Below are positions 60,791 to 64,000 of a stretch of 64,000 nt of DNA, piece by piece. Position numbers and translations under genes: made by a program. Each line of letters begins with the position of its first letter. The stretch's first letter is position 1. The notes beneath the pieces are model-generated. The model saw nothing but the letters and a program-made list of their open reading frames with translations, was not told the origin of the DNA and ran no database searches. The stretch is from Camelus dromedarius (Eukaryota), in NCBI RefSeq assembly GCF_036321535.1, contig NC_087436.1, forward strand, positions 58,406,001 to 58,470,000, given 5' to 3'.

Positions 60791-62309
60791 AGGTCTTATT
60801 TCTATCTCCGGGAGTCAAAATCTTCAAGGAAGTTTCATTCTCCTCCTTTTATAATGTCTAACACAATACCTTGCACATTACTATTTTCAGTAAATATCTG
60901 TGGAATGAATGAGTTCCCAAAACAATGAGCTTATTTATTTATTTTAAATTGGCAAAACACAAATCATTACGATCACAACACTGATAACATAATTTTAGAA
61001 AAATGTAAAAAGAGTAAAAGTTCCATAGATATACAAAAATGATTATTAAAAGAACCAAGTCTACTGGAATCTATACATACTATAATTAATTATTGCCTTC
61101 TGATTGTTGATTTCTTAATAATTTAGTATTTATATCATGTTGGCATTTTCACTATTTCCTAATTTATAATTACCTTCACAACAACGCTATGTAGAAGACA
61201 GACCATGGGTCCTTTTTGAGCACATTTAAGAAAAGCTCAGGCACCAGGAACAGTGGCTTCATACTCACTAAGGCTACATATCAAGACAGTGAAAGAATAA
61301 AGAATACACTCAGAACTGCCATACTTTCAGGCCCTCCATAATTTTAAACCATGCCAGTTTTTGTAGTAAGGTAATGAGGATATGCAAAGCAATTTGAGAA
61401 ATACACTTTGGACTATTCTTGACTTTAGACTAGCAGTCATTACAGTGCAATTTCCTTTCTTGACCTTATTCCAAAAAAATGCATTCTAATGTTAAGATGA
61501 AAACACACTTTTCACATAGAAAATCCACATTCTAAGAATCTTTAAATTGAAGAAAAAAGTATTAAAACAAAAAAACTCTCCTTTATTTAGAGAAAAGAAA
61601 TAATACTATTTATGGAAAGCAAACACTATTATTTATAGTATTACATTGTGATATTTTTTCCAGAAATATGTTTAGAGCATTGCCCAATGCCACCCTGTAC
61701 AGTGATACAAATACAGTTTTCTCTTTTAATTATTGTGTTAATTTCCCTTTCCTTTTCGTTAAAAAAAGACGTTTTATTCCCTATCATTCATATTAATAAG
61801 AGGTCTTTTAAATAAAATGACTTAGCATTTAAAACTATGTAACCCCATGTATTCTTTCTCAAATTTTTAATCATCTTACTGTCTTCAATAAAAATATGGG
61901 TTGTCGTGAATCTGCATATTGGAAAAATTGGATAGATTGAATATCGTGATTTACCTCCAAGCAAAACCTAGAGAAAGGGAGTATGCTTCCTCACATACCC
62001 TGAAGCTTTCAAATATAATTTATAGATTTTATTAATCATCATATTATAACTCAGATCTATTTTTTTATTTCTTTGACCACAGAATTGTTTCTAAGATTTT
62101 GATTTCTCTAGGATATCCCAGCACATATCACACAGATCATGTTATAATATTTTCTTCTTTCATTCCTTCGCTTTTTACATAGAGAAATCTGTCTGAAATG
62201 TGAGGTCCAGTTCATGGACAACTATAACTTTAAATATCAAACTCATTTCAGACTTTTTGTTTTAAATATCAGTTTGTGGTTAATGGCATGTAAAAATGAC
62301 AATTAGATA

Positions 62310-62360
62310 ATTTTTTATGGAATTGTATTTTTTATGGAATTGTAATTTTTATGGAATTGT
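62310..62360. repeat. 17-bp minisatellite x3 (ATTTTTTATGGAATTGT)
   Basis: Units at 62310-62326, 62327-62343 and 62344-62360, with one substitution in the third. Confidence 0.93.
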
Positions 62361-63114
62361 ATTTTTTTCTCCATTTTAACAAGAATAAGTAGGAATTCTG
62401 ACAAGATCAAAAAAATTAAGTAGAATTATCAAAATCTTCTCTTAGAAAGGGATAAATATCTCTGCAATAAACTGTTAAGTTTATGAAAAGCACTGTATTC
62501 CTATTTACAATTTTGATAGAGAATCAGAGATTTCTCTACACTCCCAAGTAAAAGAAAAAGATTCAGCTTAATTGAACATTAGAAAACTTCATTGAACAAA
62601 AATTTGGCTAGCCATTTAAAAAAAACAGTGGGAATCCCAGTGAAATTGATTTTTCTCTTCATGTTCTTCTATATAGCAACACTTTGATCTACCAAACATA
62701 TCTTTTAAAATATGACAGCTAATTTTAAGAACTCACTGGCATGATAAAAATTGCTTTCCTAATGTATCCATCAAAATTTCAAACTGTTAGCTAAAAAGAG
62801 TACAGTCAATAGAATAGAGACCAAGAGATAACCTTTATCTCCTATCTCCAGGCAACTTGGACAGGCAAGATAAATGGAACAAAAGATACACTGAACAGTT
62901 TTTGTTTTGTTTCTTTCTAGGAAGCTATTTCCAACATATTACTTTGTATTTTTTACCTCTTTTTCAATAGTCAAAATTTGTCTCAAGTCAAAGTTTTCAT
63001 GAAACCCTATATAGAAGGAAGGGAAAAGAATACAAACAGAAAGTAAATAATTGGAAACAATTATGAGGGGTTGACATATACAAGAAACTGTTTGGGACTG
63101 GAGAGACATTATCT

Positions 63115-63270
63115 TAGTGAATTCTTACAACTACCCTATTAAGTAAGAATTGTGACTCTTATTACACAGATGAGAAAAACTGAGGCTTAGAGAGACTACC
63201 TTAAGCAAAATCACACTGTTAGGGAATGAATTTGGACTTGGGCTTGTCTGACTTGAGAGTTTATTCCTAT
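63115..63270 (-). mobile_element. MIR SINE fragment
   Basis: cttacaactaccctattaagtaag...cagatgagaaaaactgaggcttagagag...gtctgact. Confidence 0.8.
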
Positions 63271-64000
63271 CATCTCATTCCTCAAAATTTCAGACTTTTT
63301 GAAAAATATGGTATAAAACCTTTACAATAAGGTGGTTTCAGGAATGAAAAATGGGTCCATATTAGATGAGTTAAATTTGTTACTTTATTCAAAATAGTGA
63401 GAAATCTTCACTGCTTTTATTTTTAATACCAGTGACAAAGTCATTATACTCAGAAAAAAAAAATCATTTTATAACAAGACAAAATTTTCTTGATATTTTC
63501 AGTACTACAAATGCTTTAATACATAAGTCACTAGTATTTTAACTCACATATTTAAACATATAATGCGTATCAATATTTCTTTCATCTTCTATGATCTCAC
63601 AATAATTCAGTGATTTGTTAGACATGAACATTATAAAAGTATACAATTAAAATATCCAATTTTTGAGCCTCTTCAATGATGTCCCTGAGAATGGTTCATC
63701 TAGTTAATGTTTGAACACATTCTCTGATGCAGAATTTACTATTTCCCAAAGAAGTCCATCTCTAGGCATTAATAATTATTCCCATAGTAGCATAGTTGAT
63801 GCAATTATTGTTTTCACTATTTCTATGCATGCTACAATTAATATTTTGACCTAGAGGTATTTCTTATAGATGTGCCATTATTGTTTATGAAGTGTCTAGT
63901 TCTCTGAATTTTACACTGAAATAAAAAGTTATTTGGTATGATTCTGATAAAAATAACTCCAGTCTAAACATTCCTCAAATAGTATTCTCCTATCTTGACA

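Overview
AT-rich mammalian genomic DNA, almost certainly camelid, based on two tRNA-derived vic-1-type SINEs. The window lies inside the very large neuronal gene GRID2 (glutamate receptor delta-2, GluD2), transcribed on the minus strand. The only supported coding sequence is the 156-bp exon 2 (14347-14502). Positions 14503-64000 are the 3' part of intron 1, and 1-14346 are the start of intron 2. The rest is intronic sequence with transposable elements: two unrelated ERV1-like solo LTRs, four L1 insertions, two SINEs, MaLR LTRs, many decayed L2/MIR fragments and microsatellites. I see no convincing new biological system. The best leads are (i) a CpG-island-like solo LTR with YY1/NRF1/TATA motifs about 4.4 kb from exon 2, (ii) a near-consensus 74-bp antisense exon candidate at 58716-58789, and (iii) several clearly readable retrotransposition events. 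Repeat family names and the boundaries of old repeats are recognised by eye from remembered consensus sequences and are approximate.
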